Origin: Nemertoderma westbladi
Taxonomy: Eukaryota; Animalia; Xenacoelomorpha
Reading direction: 5' to 3'
NCBI GenBank assembly: GCA_032718475.1
Contig: JAUCBJ010001911.1
Span: 1 to 56,794, forward strand
Length of the DNA: 56,794 nucleotides
Below the pieces are notes generated by a model. It was not told the origin of the DNA. It did not search any database and saw only the letters and a list, made by a program, of their open reading frames with translations. Below are positions 21,520-35,016 of the stretch, one piece after another; the first letter of the stretch is position 1, and each line of letters starts with the position of its first letter. The translations under genes and the position numbers were made by a program.

Positions 21520-22000
21520 TGCAAAGAAATTAAAGCTGTTAATTAAGTGAAAATAGCAAATGTTTGTTTACCTCTTAAATTAGAAAGTTTAATTTAGTAA
21601 ATTTGATAAAAAATGTCAAATATTAAAATATAATAAAGAAATATCCGCATTGATCACAGAATAGTGTTTAAATAGAACCGTCACCGAATATTCTAAAAAC
21701 GCGAAAATCGGAGTGGAGAGGAAGCGAGCAGAGTGGAGTAGGGGGGGCGGGCCGTACCTGAAATCGCGAAGGGCCTGAGCGCGTGGGCGCGAGGATTGAT
21801 TCAAGGTAAGAACCCGGGCCTTAAATGTGCAGGAAATTACCACGAACAATACCTTGGGTACTAGTGAACGGAAAGTGAAGTACCGGCGCAGCGGTAAGTC
21901 TCGTTTGCCTGACGTGAAATTCGGGCTCGGTTCAACCGTCTTCTTAAATCTTCAGCTCGGCAGCTCTCTTCATTTTTTTTCGTTATTCTAGAACATATAA
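21520..22000. repeat. Dispersed GC-rich-core repeat, copy 2
   Basis: Match to 45-495. Confidence 0.85.
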
Positions 22001-23561
22001 CCTGAGCTTTCTGTTTGTTCTAATATTTATTTTTTATCACAAACCGTTTCCATTTATAATCAATATAATGTCTACTTTTCTTTGTAAAATAATTGTTATA
22101 ATTTTCTTTAATTTTCTAGTTTAACTGCAGATTGTTTGTAAACATGCAGCTTGCATTAAGTATACTATGCCAATTTATCAACAAAATTGCTCCACCACAA
22201 CTCCTTAACCTCAATGACTTAGGATCGATATGACACTCAGTGACAGGCAGACAAATGCTACGATATAAAATATTTAATATAATAATAATATGTATATTTA
22301 TAATAATGTAATAGAGATATAAATAGGATCGATAAGACATACAGTGACAGGCAGACAAATGCGACAAGAGTGGGCATCTACTACTAGGATCGGCATGCTG
22401 CATTGCAGCTGCATTTTTAAGAATGCTGTGCCGGCTTGTCGACAAAATTTCCCCGCCACAACTCCCTATCAACCAATGACATGGAAAGCGAGACTAAATA
22501 CTTTTTAAACTTTTTTAGACTAAATAATATTAAAAGATTAAATAATATAATTATTTGTTTCGATTTACTTACACCTCTGTTGCAGTTTAACTTTACGCGG
22601 CTATTCATTCAGCCATTGTCTCCAACTAATATATTGAATGTTCTTATTGGTAGTTCAGTACCGTAGCCGTAGAAGCATTTTATTATTAATTGAATGCCGG
22701 CCTGTAGGTCGGCTATTATTCAAAGACTTGGGGTCATTCCCCCCTCCAGACATATAATTACTTTGTATTGCGATGTCAATAACAATACTCTTGTGTCTCC
22801 ATATTAATATAATATGCTTTCAACCAACCGGCTTTGTATTATATTCATTCATTATATTCATTCAACCTTGACTTTCTAGTTAAGTTATTATTTAGTGTTT
22901 AGTTTTGTATTCCAGTATTGTTATAGTTTGTTTATTCATAGGCCTAAATATTATCTGCTTTATTATAGAGACGTCGCATTATCCATAATTAATGGCCGTT
23001 CGCAATCAAATATATTAAAGTGTTTCGGGATCAGGGACGATTACAAGAAAGGTAATTTATTTATTATAATCCCGTATATAATTACTACGTAGCTAGACTT
23101 ACTATAAGAAGGCTTAACTTATGAATTAACTTATTATTTAAATTCATTTACTCAGGTTTACTCAAGAGGAACCGCGGCCGGCGGGTATGGTATCCGAGAG
23201 GGTATGGTTCGGTTGGGTGCAACCGAACAGATGCAAAAATTATTGCAGCAATCAGATCAGTATACGATGGTTCGACAACATTTGTCTCTACTGTTGATGG
23301 TGACACAGAACCATTTGAAGTGTTATGGGGCGTCCTCCAGGGAAACACACTTGCACCATTCTTGTTCATTATTGTGGTTGACTATGTTCTACGCATGTCC
23401 TTAGATCATCATAATGATGATGGGGTGATGGTAACTCCACCTACTGGCTCCAGAAGTCGAGGAAATCCTGCCAAGTACCTAACTGATCTAGACTTTGCTG
23501 ATGACTTAGGAGTACTCTCAGAATCACTAGAGAGGGAGCCCAACGGCTCCTCAGCTCATTA
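21960..23561 (+). repeat. Duplicated block (paralogue of ~46404-47998), including an inverted LINE 3' tip at 22378-22470
   Basis: Near-identical sequence and matching short ORFs in the track. Confidence 0.85.
23228..23561 (+). pseudogene. RTE-like LINE RT fragment
   Basis: GVLQGNTLAPFLF and YLTDLDFADD motifs. Confidence 0.85.
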
Positions 23562-23949
23562 TCAATATACTTATTGAATTAAAACCAATTATATCACAAT
23601 GTTGTAGTTTCACAGTTTTTAGTAAGGTTTGTTTTCCTTCACTCGGGGAGAAATTACATATTTCTATCCCCCCGTGGCACGATATTGTAACCAAAGCAAT
23701 AAACGAAAGGATGATAGAACATGTTACAGTTTTTGTTTTTTTAAAAGTAATCGGATTTTGTTTGCTTCGATTTTCCCCTATAGTGTGACACCACCATGCA
23801 ATCCATAATCAGCATTCAGCTTGCATTAAGTATACTATGCCAATTTATCAACAAAATTGCTCCGCCACAACTCCCTAACCTCAATGACTTAGATAGGATC
23901 GATAAGACACTCAGTGACAGGCTGGCAAATGCTAAAAGAGTGGGGGGTC

Positions 23950-24220
23950 AGACAGAGTGGAGTAGGGGGGGGCGGGCCGTACCTGAAATCGCGAAGGGCC
24001 GAAGCGCGTGGGCGCGAGGATTGATTCAAGGTAAGAACCCGCGCTTTAAATGTGCAGGAAATTACCACGAACAATACCTTGGGTACTAGTGAATGGAAAG
24101 TGAAGTACCGGCGCAGCGGTAAGTCTCGTTTGCCTGACGTGAAATTCGGGCTCGGTTCAACCGTCTTCTTAAACCTTCAGCTCAGCAGCTCTCTTCATTT
24201 TTTTTCGTTATTCTAGAACA
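23950..24220. repeat. Dispersed GC-rich-core repeat, copy 3 (5'-truncated)
   Basis: Match to 230-495. Confidence 0.8.
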
Positions 24221-24610
24221 TATAACCTGAGCTTTCTGTTTGTTCTAATATTTATTTTTTATCACAAACCGTTTCCATTTATAATCAATATAATTTCTAC
24301 TTTTCTTTGTAAAATAATTGTTATAATTTTCTTTAATTTTCTAGTTTAACTGCAGATTGTTTGTAAACATGCAGCTTGCATTAAGTATACTATGCCAACT
24401 TATCAATAAAATTGCTCCGCCACAACTCCCTAAACTCAATGACTTAGATAGGATCGATATGACACTCAGTGAAAGGCTGACAAATGCTACGATATAATAT
24501 ATTTAATATAATAATAATAGATATATTTATAATAATATAATAGAGATATAAATAGGATCGATAAGACCCCCGTAATTTCGAGAAAACCCCCGTAATTTCT
24601 TAATACTGTA

Positions 24611-25152
24611 TGTGACGGGATCCGAGAGGATCCCGGTTTATCCGGTGTTGGTTACGTACGCGTCAGCCACACCGTGTGATGGAAAAGGTGATAAGTTTGT
24701 TGTTCCAGTATTACTGATAAGGTATAATATAGTTGATAGCATATACAGATATAATAACAGATAACACGGTAATATACTATGGGTGACGGCGGTGACGGTC
24801 CTAACTGTCACCGTACTACCTGACTGTACTGACAGACTGAGATAACTGAGTGAAAGCCGCATCGACCGGTAATATATATCGCACAGTTGGCCATATTGCT
24901 ACTCTACCTAATCGATGCCTTTCCCCCCTCTGATTGGTTGATACCCTTGTTGGCGCCCTTCGGAGTGTTCCCGTTCACTCCTCCTGTTCTCTCTGGGTTA
25001 GGGGTTTGGCCCCTGACCCCTATTGTGTGTTTCTCTCCTTCCCACTCTATTGGGGTGACACGAGGTTGATATTGGTAATCAACCTCGTGCTCCCAATATT
25101 GCCTTATCGCTCACTCTATGGGTTTGTGTTAGCGGAATTTGATAAGCTAACA
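24611..25152 (-). repeat. 3' LTR of element 2 (542 bp)
   Basis: Adjacent to PPT; six substitutions and one 20-bp indel versus the 5' LTR. Confidence 0.95.
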
Positions 25153-25739
25153 CTCCCCCCATGCTATCTTCCCGGTGAGAAGATAGCATCCAACTAAAGT
25201 GCGCTACAATTCCGCTGGATCCCGATCTAGCATCGGGTGTGGGGTGGGTATATTTTTTTCGGAGTCGGCTTTCCAGGCCGCTCCCTATGGGTATGATGTC
25301 ACTACCCTCTGGCATCTCGTGTCAGGCCGATCGTGCGCTTCTCTCACACAATTTTTGTTTCCCCAACACTCTCACCACTCTACTCCAACTCTCGCATACT
25401 CCCGGACCTCCTCGTCCCACACTCTTCCTCTCACTTCTCCTCCCCCACACTTGAATTGCGCCCACACTCTCTTCGCACTCCGCACTATTACTCCATCCCT
25501 CCTTGACTACCTTATCCCTTCTGACGAATCTCACCCCCCCTCCGTGCCGTCGCACTCAGGAAATGTGAAATCGTCTGGCGTCTTGTCCCTAGTGCCATAG
25601 TCAGTTAGCCCCCCAGTCCCAGTAGCTAATTGAGAAAGGTTGTATGACTATAGTACTTACACCACTCTCTCCGCACTCCGCACTGTCACCTCTCCACTCT
25701 CTTGTCACTCCCTAAGGCTTTAATCTCTAATGCTACCCC

Positions 25740-26400
25740 TGTGCTATCATACTATCTACCTACTGCTTACTAACTCTAACTAACTCTGCTAACTACTAAC
25801 TCTTACTACTTCTAGCTCTAACTGAGAGCCTCTAACTTTCTACTGACTCTAACTCTCTACTAAGTCTAACTAACTCCTACTAACTTTCTACTTCTACTAA
25901 CTCTACTTGACTCCTCTGAGTCTACCAACTCTGCTAACTAGCTCTACTAACTCTACTCCACTAGCTCTGCTAACTCTACTCCACTAGCTCTGCTAACTCT
26001 ACTAACTAGCTCTACTAACTCTACTCCACTCTTCTAACTACGTGGCGCTTGCGGTGCCCACAACCCCTTTACTACTACTTCCTTCTACGTGGCGCTTGCG
26101 GTGCCCACAACCACTCTACTATCTGGCACCCTTTGTGCCCTTCTACTACTCAACTACCTCTCTAACACTCTAACCCTACTACTTGGCACCCTATGTGCCC
26201 TCTCTACTACTCCACTCTCTGGCACCCTATGTGCCCTCTCTACTACCTCTAGCACTCTAACTCTACTACCTGGCACCCTATGTGCCCTCTCTACTACCTC
26301 TGACACTCTAACTCTACTACTTGGCACCCTATGTGCCCTCTCTACTCTTCTACTACCTGGCACCCAATGTGCCCGTCTCTACTCCTCTACTCCCCCTTTA
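25740..26400 (-). repeat. Low-complexity CTAACT/CTACT region with six GGCAC-N5-GTGCC hairpins
   Basis: Hairpins start at 26125, 26185, 26221, 26272, 26323 and 26359. Confidence 0.85.
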
Positions 26401-26406
26401 CGTCTC

Positions 26407-29400
26407 ATTGGTCTCGTCTGTCCAATGCGGTCTGCTTTAAGGCGTACATGGTGCAGTTGGGGCTGTCCCTGGCTCCAAAGACTCTTACCTGCATTTGGTA
26501 AGTTTCTGGCGGAAGTTGTAAGTTTCCGTCCGGATACCAAAGAAACCTCAAGCTGTCCCTGTCCCGCTCCAAAGCCTTAACCTGGTGAAACATGGCCTCT
26601 ACGTCACAGGTGAAAGCCACTTTGTGTTGTCTAAAACGCATTAGGACTCCCATGAGGTAATTGTTCATATTCGGCCCGTCCATCAGTTCGCTGTTCATAG
26701 ACATCCCTTGGTAAAGCGCGGCGCAGTCGTTGACTACACGCACCTTGCCAGGTTTGTCCGGGTGTCGAACAAAATGATGTGGCAGGTAATATGTCTGGTC
26801 TGTGGTTACCTTGGGATTTAGCATCCTAATGGCGTATCCCTTTTGGAGATACGTCTGAAGTTGTGCATTGTATTGCATATGGGCCGCCTCGTCTCGCAAC
26901 AATCGCTGCCTTATTGATTTGAGTCGCCTCAAAGCAAGCGGGTAATTGTTAACGAGTTTAGGTTGTCCATTGCGCCACAACATACCAACCTCATAGTGGC
27001 CATTCGCGGTCTGGCGAATGGTATCTCTCATAATATTTAATGACCGTTTTTCCTGTTCTGACATAGCGGTCTCGTAACTACTGGGTTCTGCTGAGACCTG
27101 TTCCAACCATTGAATGGTCCATTCAGTCAGCAGTCGGTCAAGCGCTGCTTGCACTGCGCCATGGTCCTCGTCCACGTCTTCATTCGCTGCGGTGGCTAGT
27201 GTCAATGTGTCTGGTAGGCTCGCAAGCCTTCTGGTGTCACTAGTCGGCGTTGAATCGTCGTGCGGCGGTTTGACAACTTCTTGATCTATCGGTAGGCTCG
27301 CAAGCCTTCCAAGATCAACGACCAGTGTCGAAGCTTGGTGGGTGGGGTCAATGACCTTCGGATTTTTCGGTAGGCTCGCAAGCCTTCCAAAATCCTCGTT
27401 CATCGAGTCATCCACGGCAACAACCCTTTGGTCTTCAGTAGTCAATACAACCTGGTTTACTGCAAGTAGTTGTAAGTCAGAGGTCCGTGTGGTCGTGTCC
27501 AGATCAGTTACGTCAGTATCGGTGGCGTCTGCGTTAGCGACGCAAGTCTGTCGTAGTGCCGTCCGTACAATTGGACCACGGGAGTGTGAAGGAGAGTTAT
27601 CTATTGTAGTAGTCAATAAACTACACGTACTCAAAACGTCGTCCTCCTGGTCACTTACCTCTAGTGAACGTATTGGTGCTCTAGTATACCAACCTATGGG
27701 AGTTCTACATGCGTAGGGGTTGCCCGCTGTAATAACAGATGGGCGTGTCTCCCATACCTGATGTAAGTTAAACTGGTCTGTCCCAATTAACATCGCAATG
27801 GAACGATAATTAACAGGACATTCCGGTATTCCAAGGTGTCGGAAATACTTACGATCTTCCGGTGATTGCTCTGGCACAGGGCCGAGCAAGTTACTAAAGT
27901 CCTTCGTAGCTGCAAAGGTCAAATTTCTTACCGGAAGTAATGAGCGCTCCTCCTTGCTGTGTTCCGCTTTGCAAAGAAGAGTGTCTAAGGTTAGTTTTAC
28001 TCTCGTCACAGGGATCGCTCTCTTACCATGCATGCTGCTTACAGTATACTGAGCAGTCTTACCTTGACTCATGTCCGTAACCACGTCGGCTACTTGTTCG
28101 TCGACATAGCTATGCGATGATGCAGAGTCTAAGATAGCGTATATACGCTTGCTCCCTCGGGTTCCGGTAATCTTTATAGGAATCACACTAAACCCTTTCA
28201 ATTGGTTCTGTGTGAGGAGTGTTACCGATGGCTGTTCCTCACCTGCATGCACGTAGAAAGTGTCGTCTTCCTCCTCGTCCTCGTCCGATGATCCTGACTG
28301 ATCCATACAGTCCGTATAAAAGGTACGGATCTCGCGCGGCGCACGCTCCTTATAAAGCGCGTCGCATCTAGCCGCTTTATCTGGATGCTCTCGTCGAAAG
28401 CGTTTGGTCGGAGTATGACTGGTGGTGTGGAGTAACGCGTCATGGTTACGTCCACACAGAGGACATGTATCGTCGCTCGGGCAATCCTTCCGGACGTGTC
28501 CTGGCTTCATACATCTCCAGCAGGAATCTAATGATCGAATTTGGAGTCTCCTCTCTTCGATTCCTAACTCCTTAAAAGCGCGACATCCACGAAGTTTATG
28601 TCCGCTGTAGTTTCTGCCGTTCCGCTCGCAGTACGAGCATCCCACAAAGTCTGCCGGCAACTGTTGTCGTGGCTGCGTGGTGTCGATAGGCGTCAGAACT
28701 TTAGAAGTCTCAGTAGGGGTGGCATAGGTAACGGCTTTCGTGTTCGTCGGAAATGGTTTAGTCCGATTTGGCGCAGAAATAGCTATCCCTTCTGCCGCGA
28801 TATGATGATCGGTATAATTCGATCGAGTCTCGATCACGGCCTCCCGCGAAATCAGTTGATAGACGTCGGTGAGTTTTAAAAGCCCGCCGGCCTCTTCACG
28901 CTGGTACTCGATGCGTCGCCATTCTCGTCGGAGTCGATGATGAAGTCGACCGATTATCCTGATGAGAACCGTCAGTGCGTTAGCGTACTCGAGTTGTCCA
29001 ATGGACCGTAAAGTCCCTATAGCGTTTTTTATTTCGTCCACGAGTCGTAGAAGATCGATCGGTTTCGAAATGCTGCCTCCTCTACAGAGGTCTTCGATAA
29101 TGGTTCCAACGGTTTCAACGTGGGTTTCTGTTGGGGTGTTTCTCGTGGAGGATTATCGATATAGGTGTTCGTCGATCGTTCCTCTCGTTTGTAATCCGCT
29201 GTCTCCACCGCTCCAGTACGGAATATTTCCCGTTCCGTCGACTCCGAATCGCTGGATGAATCGCTGTCGTCTGGATAAGGTGGTTGGCGGGTTCGCGTAC
29301 GGCGTATTACTCTTGGTCGAGTTCGTTGTGGTCTGGGATCTACGACTCTCCGTTGTTCGGTAGGCTCGCAAGCCTTCCACGAAGTCGTAGGTCTCGTTGA

Positions 29401-31791
29401 ACTCGGTTCGATCCTGTGGGTATTACCCACATCCATCGTCCTTCGTTGTTCGGTAGGCTCGCAAGCCTTCCACGAAGTCGTAGGTCTCGATAAACATTGG
29501 GTGAGAGGTCTAGTAAAAACATCGGAGTTAAGTGCTACTGTAGGTTTATAAATGACTGGGTTCGCGCAGCACGTCACAGGTTTAACTTGTAATGGTTTAC
29601 TCACCAGTTTTACTGTCATAAACGCAGGTTCGTCTCTCTCTACAAGTAAACTACGGCTTACAGTAGGTGGACTACTTATCTTACCTGCGAGAATCGGCGA
29701 TGAAGTCGCTCGTGGCTGCTGAATTGATTCCGACATAACAAACCTGCTACCTTGCGTCGAGCGCACAGGCGTTATTTCCTTAGGTTTCGTAACAAAGACC
29801 GGTTTTATCAGAGTCGTGGGTTTGAGCATAGGAATAACTTGGGGAAAACGTTTACAGTAATCCTCGACGAACTCCTCTCCTCGGTCTATCGCTCCCACAC
29901 TTCCTTCCTCGATTCGCTTCTGAATTCCGCGATATCGAGTCTCCATGCGATCCAGGGCAGACAAGTCGTGCCCAGCTCGAGACCTTATAGATCTATCTCT
30001 CGCGTCGAGTTCGAGGTCCTCTTGCGCGTTCGCCGCCTCACGCGATCTGCGATTTAGTTCAAACTGTAGTTGCATCTCCCTTTCGCGTTGATCTGCTTCC
30101 TGTTGTTGTACCGCTAACTCCGCTTCCTGTATAGCTAAACGAGCGTTTATTTGTCGCGCCTCCAACTTGGCACGAGCGTCGGATGCTGCTTTCTTCCGTG
30201 CTAACTCAGCTGCATTTACCGCCGCAACTCGTGCTAGCTCGTCAGCCGCTGCCTGTCGTGCTAGCTCGTCAGCTGCCGCCTGTCGTGCTAACTCATCGGC
30301 TGCTGCCTGTCGTGCTAACTCGTCGGCTGCTGCCGCCGCGGCCGCTTCTCGCGCTAAGTCCTCCTCCAGTCTCCGCATCTCTGATGCTTCGAACTCAGCC
30401 TGTGCTTGAAGTTTCGCAAGTTTCACTACATCCTCTCTGCGCTGTTTTTTTCCTTCGATGGCGATCTGCGCCATCTGTCGTTGCGCTTCTTCCTCGATGA
30501 CTTGTTGTCGGCGTGCGACCTCCTGTTGTTGTCGAATAATTCCAGACGCTGTTCTACTAATGTCGCCAACGTCGCCAACGTCGCTCCGTACGCTAACGAA
30601 CTATCTATCCAGTGGTGGAATTTGGTAGGCTCGCGAGCCTTCCGTAGATAGAACTTCCGTCGTCCCTCTCGGTACAACTTCTGGTTCTTCGATCGGTACT
30701 CCGCATCTACAAAGAAAATTGGTGAGCGTCCCTAACCTCCCGTCCAGGCAGTATAGTTCTTCTTCCTCTTCGGGTTGTAACAACGCGTCCGAAACTGACT
30801 CACCTAACAGTTGGTCGAGTTGTTCTTGCTGAGTCGATCCTACAACCGACTTAAACTGAATGAGGCTTTCCCTCGCACTTACCAACTTGTCTATTATCTT
30901 TACCTGAGTAAAGTTGTCGCCACACAACTCTGCGAGTTCGTGTAAACCTTTAAGTTTATCTACGGAGGCATGTACCCTACTTTTTATTCTTACCTGTAAG
31001 GTGTAGAACTCGTATCTCGACATCGGGGCGGTTAACTCGTGTAAAACGCGAAAACCTTCTCCGAGGTTCCGAGTAATCTGGGCCATGTGTCCTCCTATAC
31101 TCCTAATAACGTTCTCCTGGCTTCCAGTCGAACTTACCATGTCCGGTTCCCGCGATCTGGTCTGCGGGACGGTAAGGAAATCTTCGATTCTGCCGTCGCC
31201 ACACGTTGCGGCTTCCGGTATTTCCGTTCGGGGTACCGGCGACGCATGCGGTGTGACATCGGTGGAATCTCGGGTTCTCCTTCTCGGTTCGTCTACTGTC
31301 GATCTGTCCGGGTCACACGAGTCATAGTCGGTAGGTGGGTATCGAGTCGAATGGTGTGTGTCACTCATGTCTTATTATATACGTCAAGTACGGGTAATAA
31401 AATGTCAAAGTATCAGAATGTCGAAATGTCAAAATGTCGAAATGTCAAACTTACCTTGGTATATATATACACTATATATATATACCCTAACCGGTACAAA
31501 TAAAACTAACAAAGTATAATAAAATAAGTAATAATCTAGCCTACCGGCTAAATTTGTACGAATAAGTGAGATAACGGTATAAGTTACCAAAATGTAGATC
31601 AACAAGTACAAATAATAGGTAAAACAGCAACGTCTAATGGGAAAATAAGTACCAACAACACTACTAATAGACAGTGAAACCCACAAATTTTGAGTACTAC
31701 TGTGCTTTCTTAAGTTTGAACGACACGAGTCGTAAAACTTACGTTCCTTTGATCTTCCAGTCGTGCAAATTCCCAAATACAAACCGGACGT
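26407..31791 (-). mobile_element. 5.4-kb copy of element 1 (11019-16403) nested in element 2, truncated within RT
   Basis: Constant offset 15388; about five substitutions seen; ORFs 26405-29041, 29029-30474 and 30601-31368 duplicate those of element 1. Confidence 0.95.
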
Positions 31792-32460
31792 ACTAACTCT
31801 ACTAACTCTCTACTAACTCTTACTAACTCTTTTTGTGCACGGCACCTCTTGTGCCCGGCACCTTCTAACTCTACTAACTCTTTTTGTGCCCGGCACCTCT
31901 TGTGCCCGGCACCTTCTAACTCTACTAACTCCTTTTGTGCCCGGCACCTCTTGTGCCCGGCACCCACCCTAATTAACATACCCTGCTCTTACATCAAACA
32001 CCTCATCACGCCCGTGTCCCACTTAGTTCAGTGCATTCCCTACTAACTCTAACTACGTGGCGCTTGCGGTGCCCACAACCCTCTACTGCCACTACTTTCT
32101 CTCTAACTAACGGTACTACGTACCCTCTCACTCTCTAACTAACGGTACTGCGTACCCTCTTACTCTCCTAACTTTGCTAACGGTACTACGTACCCTCTCA
32201 CTAACTCTAGCTCCACTTACTAACGGTACTACGTACCCTCTTAATACTCTCTAACTAACGGTACCACGTACCCTCTGACTCTTACTCTAACTAGCGGTAC
32301 TACGTACCCTCTAACTACTTCTGACTAACTCCACAACTAACAGTACTACGTACCCTCCAACTAACTTCTCTAACACTAACTATCGGTACTAACTGACTAA
32401 CTAACTAACTCTGACTCTAGGTACTATGTACCTCCTAACTAACTACCTAACTTCTACCTA
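31792..32460 (-). repeat. Low-complexity region with three 51-nt GGCAC/GTGCC repeats and about eight GGTAC-N3-GTACC hairpins
   Basis: Direct inspection. Confidence 0.85.
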
Positions 32461-32485
32461 CTTTATTATTTAATTATTTATTTAA

Positions 32486-33460
32486 TTAAATAATTATTTT
32501 ATATTTTGTGCGTGGGAAGGGCGTCTCGCCCTCATTCCCACCCCCCTCAGTCCAAAACTTTGGACGACTAAAAACTCTCACGTGCCCGTTCTTCCGGTAG
32601 GCACTCTCATGCTGCCCTCCTATACGTCCTCTAACTCTTCGCCACACTCTCTTTGGTGCTACCTTTGCTGGCCTCCCCCTTCGTATGTGCGCTGGCATTA
32701 AAGCCCTCAACGACCCCTGCTCGTCAATCGGTATACACGACGCCCGTCCATGTAATGCCCCCTTGCACCGTGCCAGCCCCGTGTGCGTATGCAACACGCC
32801 TCCTTCTACTTTCCCGACTCCTTTGCTCATGGACTTCTCTACCCCTGGTTTAGTCCTTTCACATCCTCTCCCTTCCCAATACTCTCCGGATCTGTGTCCT
32901 TTTACCACACATCGATGACATAGTCCGTTTGCGTCTGTGTAGGCTACACGATCTCGTTTGGGCAACGCTTGCCAGTACTTGCAACTCCTGGTCTTATGGG
33001 TTCCATCCCGATGTAATTGACATTGGAATCCTGGATTATAGCGTTTCCTGTATAGTCCTTCACGTATCGCGCTTAGGTTTATATGTACCGATTTAATGTT
33101 TCGATTGTCTAGACTCGGCCTACTGGGTATATTGGGATTGTGTTTATTTTTGGTGTTATTTTCTTCCTGTCCCCGCCACGGTGTGGCCCTGCTACCAGCT
33201 AACTGTGGACTAGCAGTCCCCTGTACGGCCGCGTGTGGTGGTGACTGTCCGCACGACCTGTTCTCGTCCAGGGAGTTCGACGTTCTTGCTCCTATCGGGG
33301 TATATTGTCGATATTGTGATGGGGGAATGTCACCCTGTCCCCCCCCAGCCGGTATGTTTGGTACTGGGGTTGATGTTAATACCATTGGGGCCCATACGTC
33401 TATCTCCAATAACTCTCCCCTCCCCTGGATATATGTTATGTCCCTGTGTATTATAGTCAT
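32486..33460 (-). pseudogene. Degenerate gag Cys-His knuckle region of element 2
   Basis: CQLHRDGTHKTRSC..W..LP..DR......GLCHRCVVKGH matches BEL knuckle spacing; third knuckle decayed. Confidence 0.6.
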
Positions 33461-34169
33461 GCTGCTGTACCGATATAGGCCTACCCACTTCTCGCCTACC
33501 TACCGGTATGTACTCCGCGACTTCCGGGTTTAATCCCGTCGTTCGCGCTACCCCATCGCCTACTCTATCTCTCCCAGCATGGCCTATAATAGTATGTGCA
33601 GTAAGTCCTACAGTATGTCCTGCAGTCTGCATGTGCCCTTCCGAACCGAAGTTTATTCTTCGCGAATCTCTAATCTCCCGGCGACTACCGTACTCTCGAT
33701 CGGCAGCTATATCCCGTCGGGAAGCTTCTCTCCGATCCCCTCTCCTGTTCTCGACTCTGTATTGGTACGTCTTGTACCCCTCTCTTGGCGTGCGGTGCGT
33801 TTCTCCGGGGCGACGGCAATCTCCCAAAGTTCGACCCCACTGGCTCCCTGACTCCATCTCTACTATCGACGGTTCGTTATCCGTCCTCGCACTCCTATCG
33901 TTCGTGGCGACACCTTTTCTACTATCTCCTCTTCTTCTCTTTTCAGTTCAGTATTCCGGCTCATGAGATCTCTCGTCGACCTCCCGGTTAAACTCCACTC
34001 TTCTTCTTCCCTCTTCTAATCGGGCTCGATGCTTCGTCTGCCCTCTCGCGACGTCAACCTGCCTCTCTCTACTCGATCGCACGCCGCTGGGGATACTCGC
34101 AATCCCCCTATTACTCTCCGTCGCCGGGTGTTGCGGTTTACCTAGCTCGGCCCGCGCATTATCCGCTGA

Positions 34170-34625
34170 CGGCTGTGGGACACTCTCTGCCCCCCCTCTC
34201 TCTCTACTAATCTCTCGCGGTGGGGTGCCCATAGCCCCCCCCCCCCCACCCGCCACTTCTAACTTCACTACCTCTTACTAAACTTCTACACCCCTCTTGT
34301 GGGGCATTCTCTGCCCCCCCTCTCTCGCCACTAATCTTATGTGGTGGGGCGCTCGTAGCCCCCCCCCCCCCACTCGCCACATCTAACTTCACTATCTCTT
34401 ACTTCGTCTCTACACCCCTCTCTAGTCGATGCACTGTCTCTACTACGGCTGGGTCTATTCACCCCCGCCTCTCTCTCTACTACTGCGTGGCCCATCAGGC
34501 CCACCTCGGGTTGGCTCAACCCCGCTACCTCCTGCCTACCAACTACGTGGCCTACCAGGCCGCCATCGGGTTGGCTCAACCCTGCCACCTCCTGCCTACC
34601 AAGTACGTGGCCCACCAGGCCCCGG
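34170..34625. repeat. Tandem repeats in element 2: ~124-nt unit x2 and 60-nt unit x2-3
   Basis: Repeated peptides KLxVAxGGGGA and GLVGHVVGRQEVAGLSQP in the ORF track. Confidence 0.8.
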
Positions 34626-35016
34626 TCTGCCGGGTTATGTACGTCCGACACGCTCATATTAATAGCACCATTCCCAATATTATTCGTTAAATCAATTAAA
34701 TTGTTAGAATTTGAAATGGGACTGTTATTAAAATTATTTAAATTAGGATTATTATTATTTTCAAAATTTAAATTATTGTTCGAATTATTTGAATTATTCT
34801 GAATATTTGAATTAACATTATTATTTGAGTTTAAATTTAAATTACTACTACCAGGTAAAATATTATTTCCTGTAATAAAGGTTTGGTTATTTACTACGGT
34901 ACTATTAACATTAACATTTCCTAACGTACTACTATTACCCCCCCGCCCGTACGGCTACACCAGTTCTGGTTCTCTCGCCCGGTGCCTGTAAGTGGGGTCT
35001 CACTCTCTGACAGTTC

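Noticed and set aside
26100-26400. CRISPR-like array (palindromic repeats with spacers)
   Set aside because: Spacers are mutually similar low-complexity sequence, the context is a eukaryotic LTR element, and there are no cas genes
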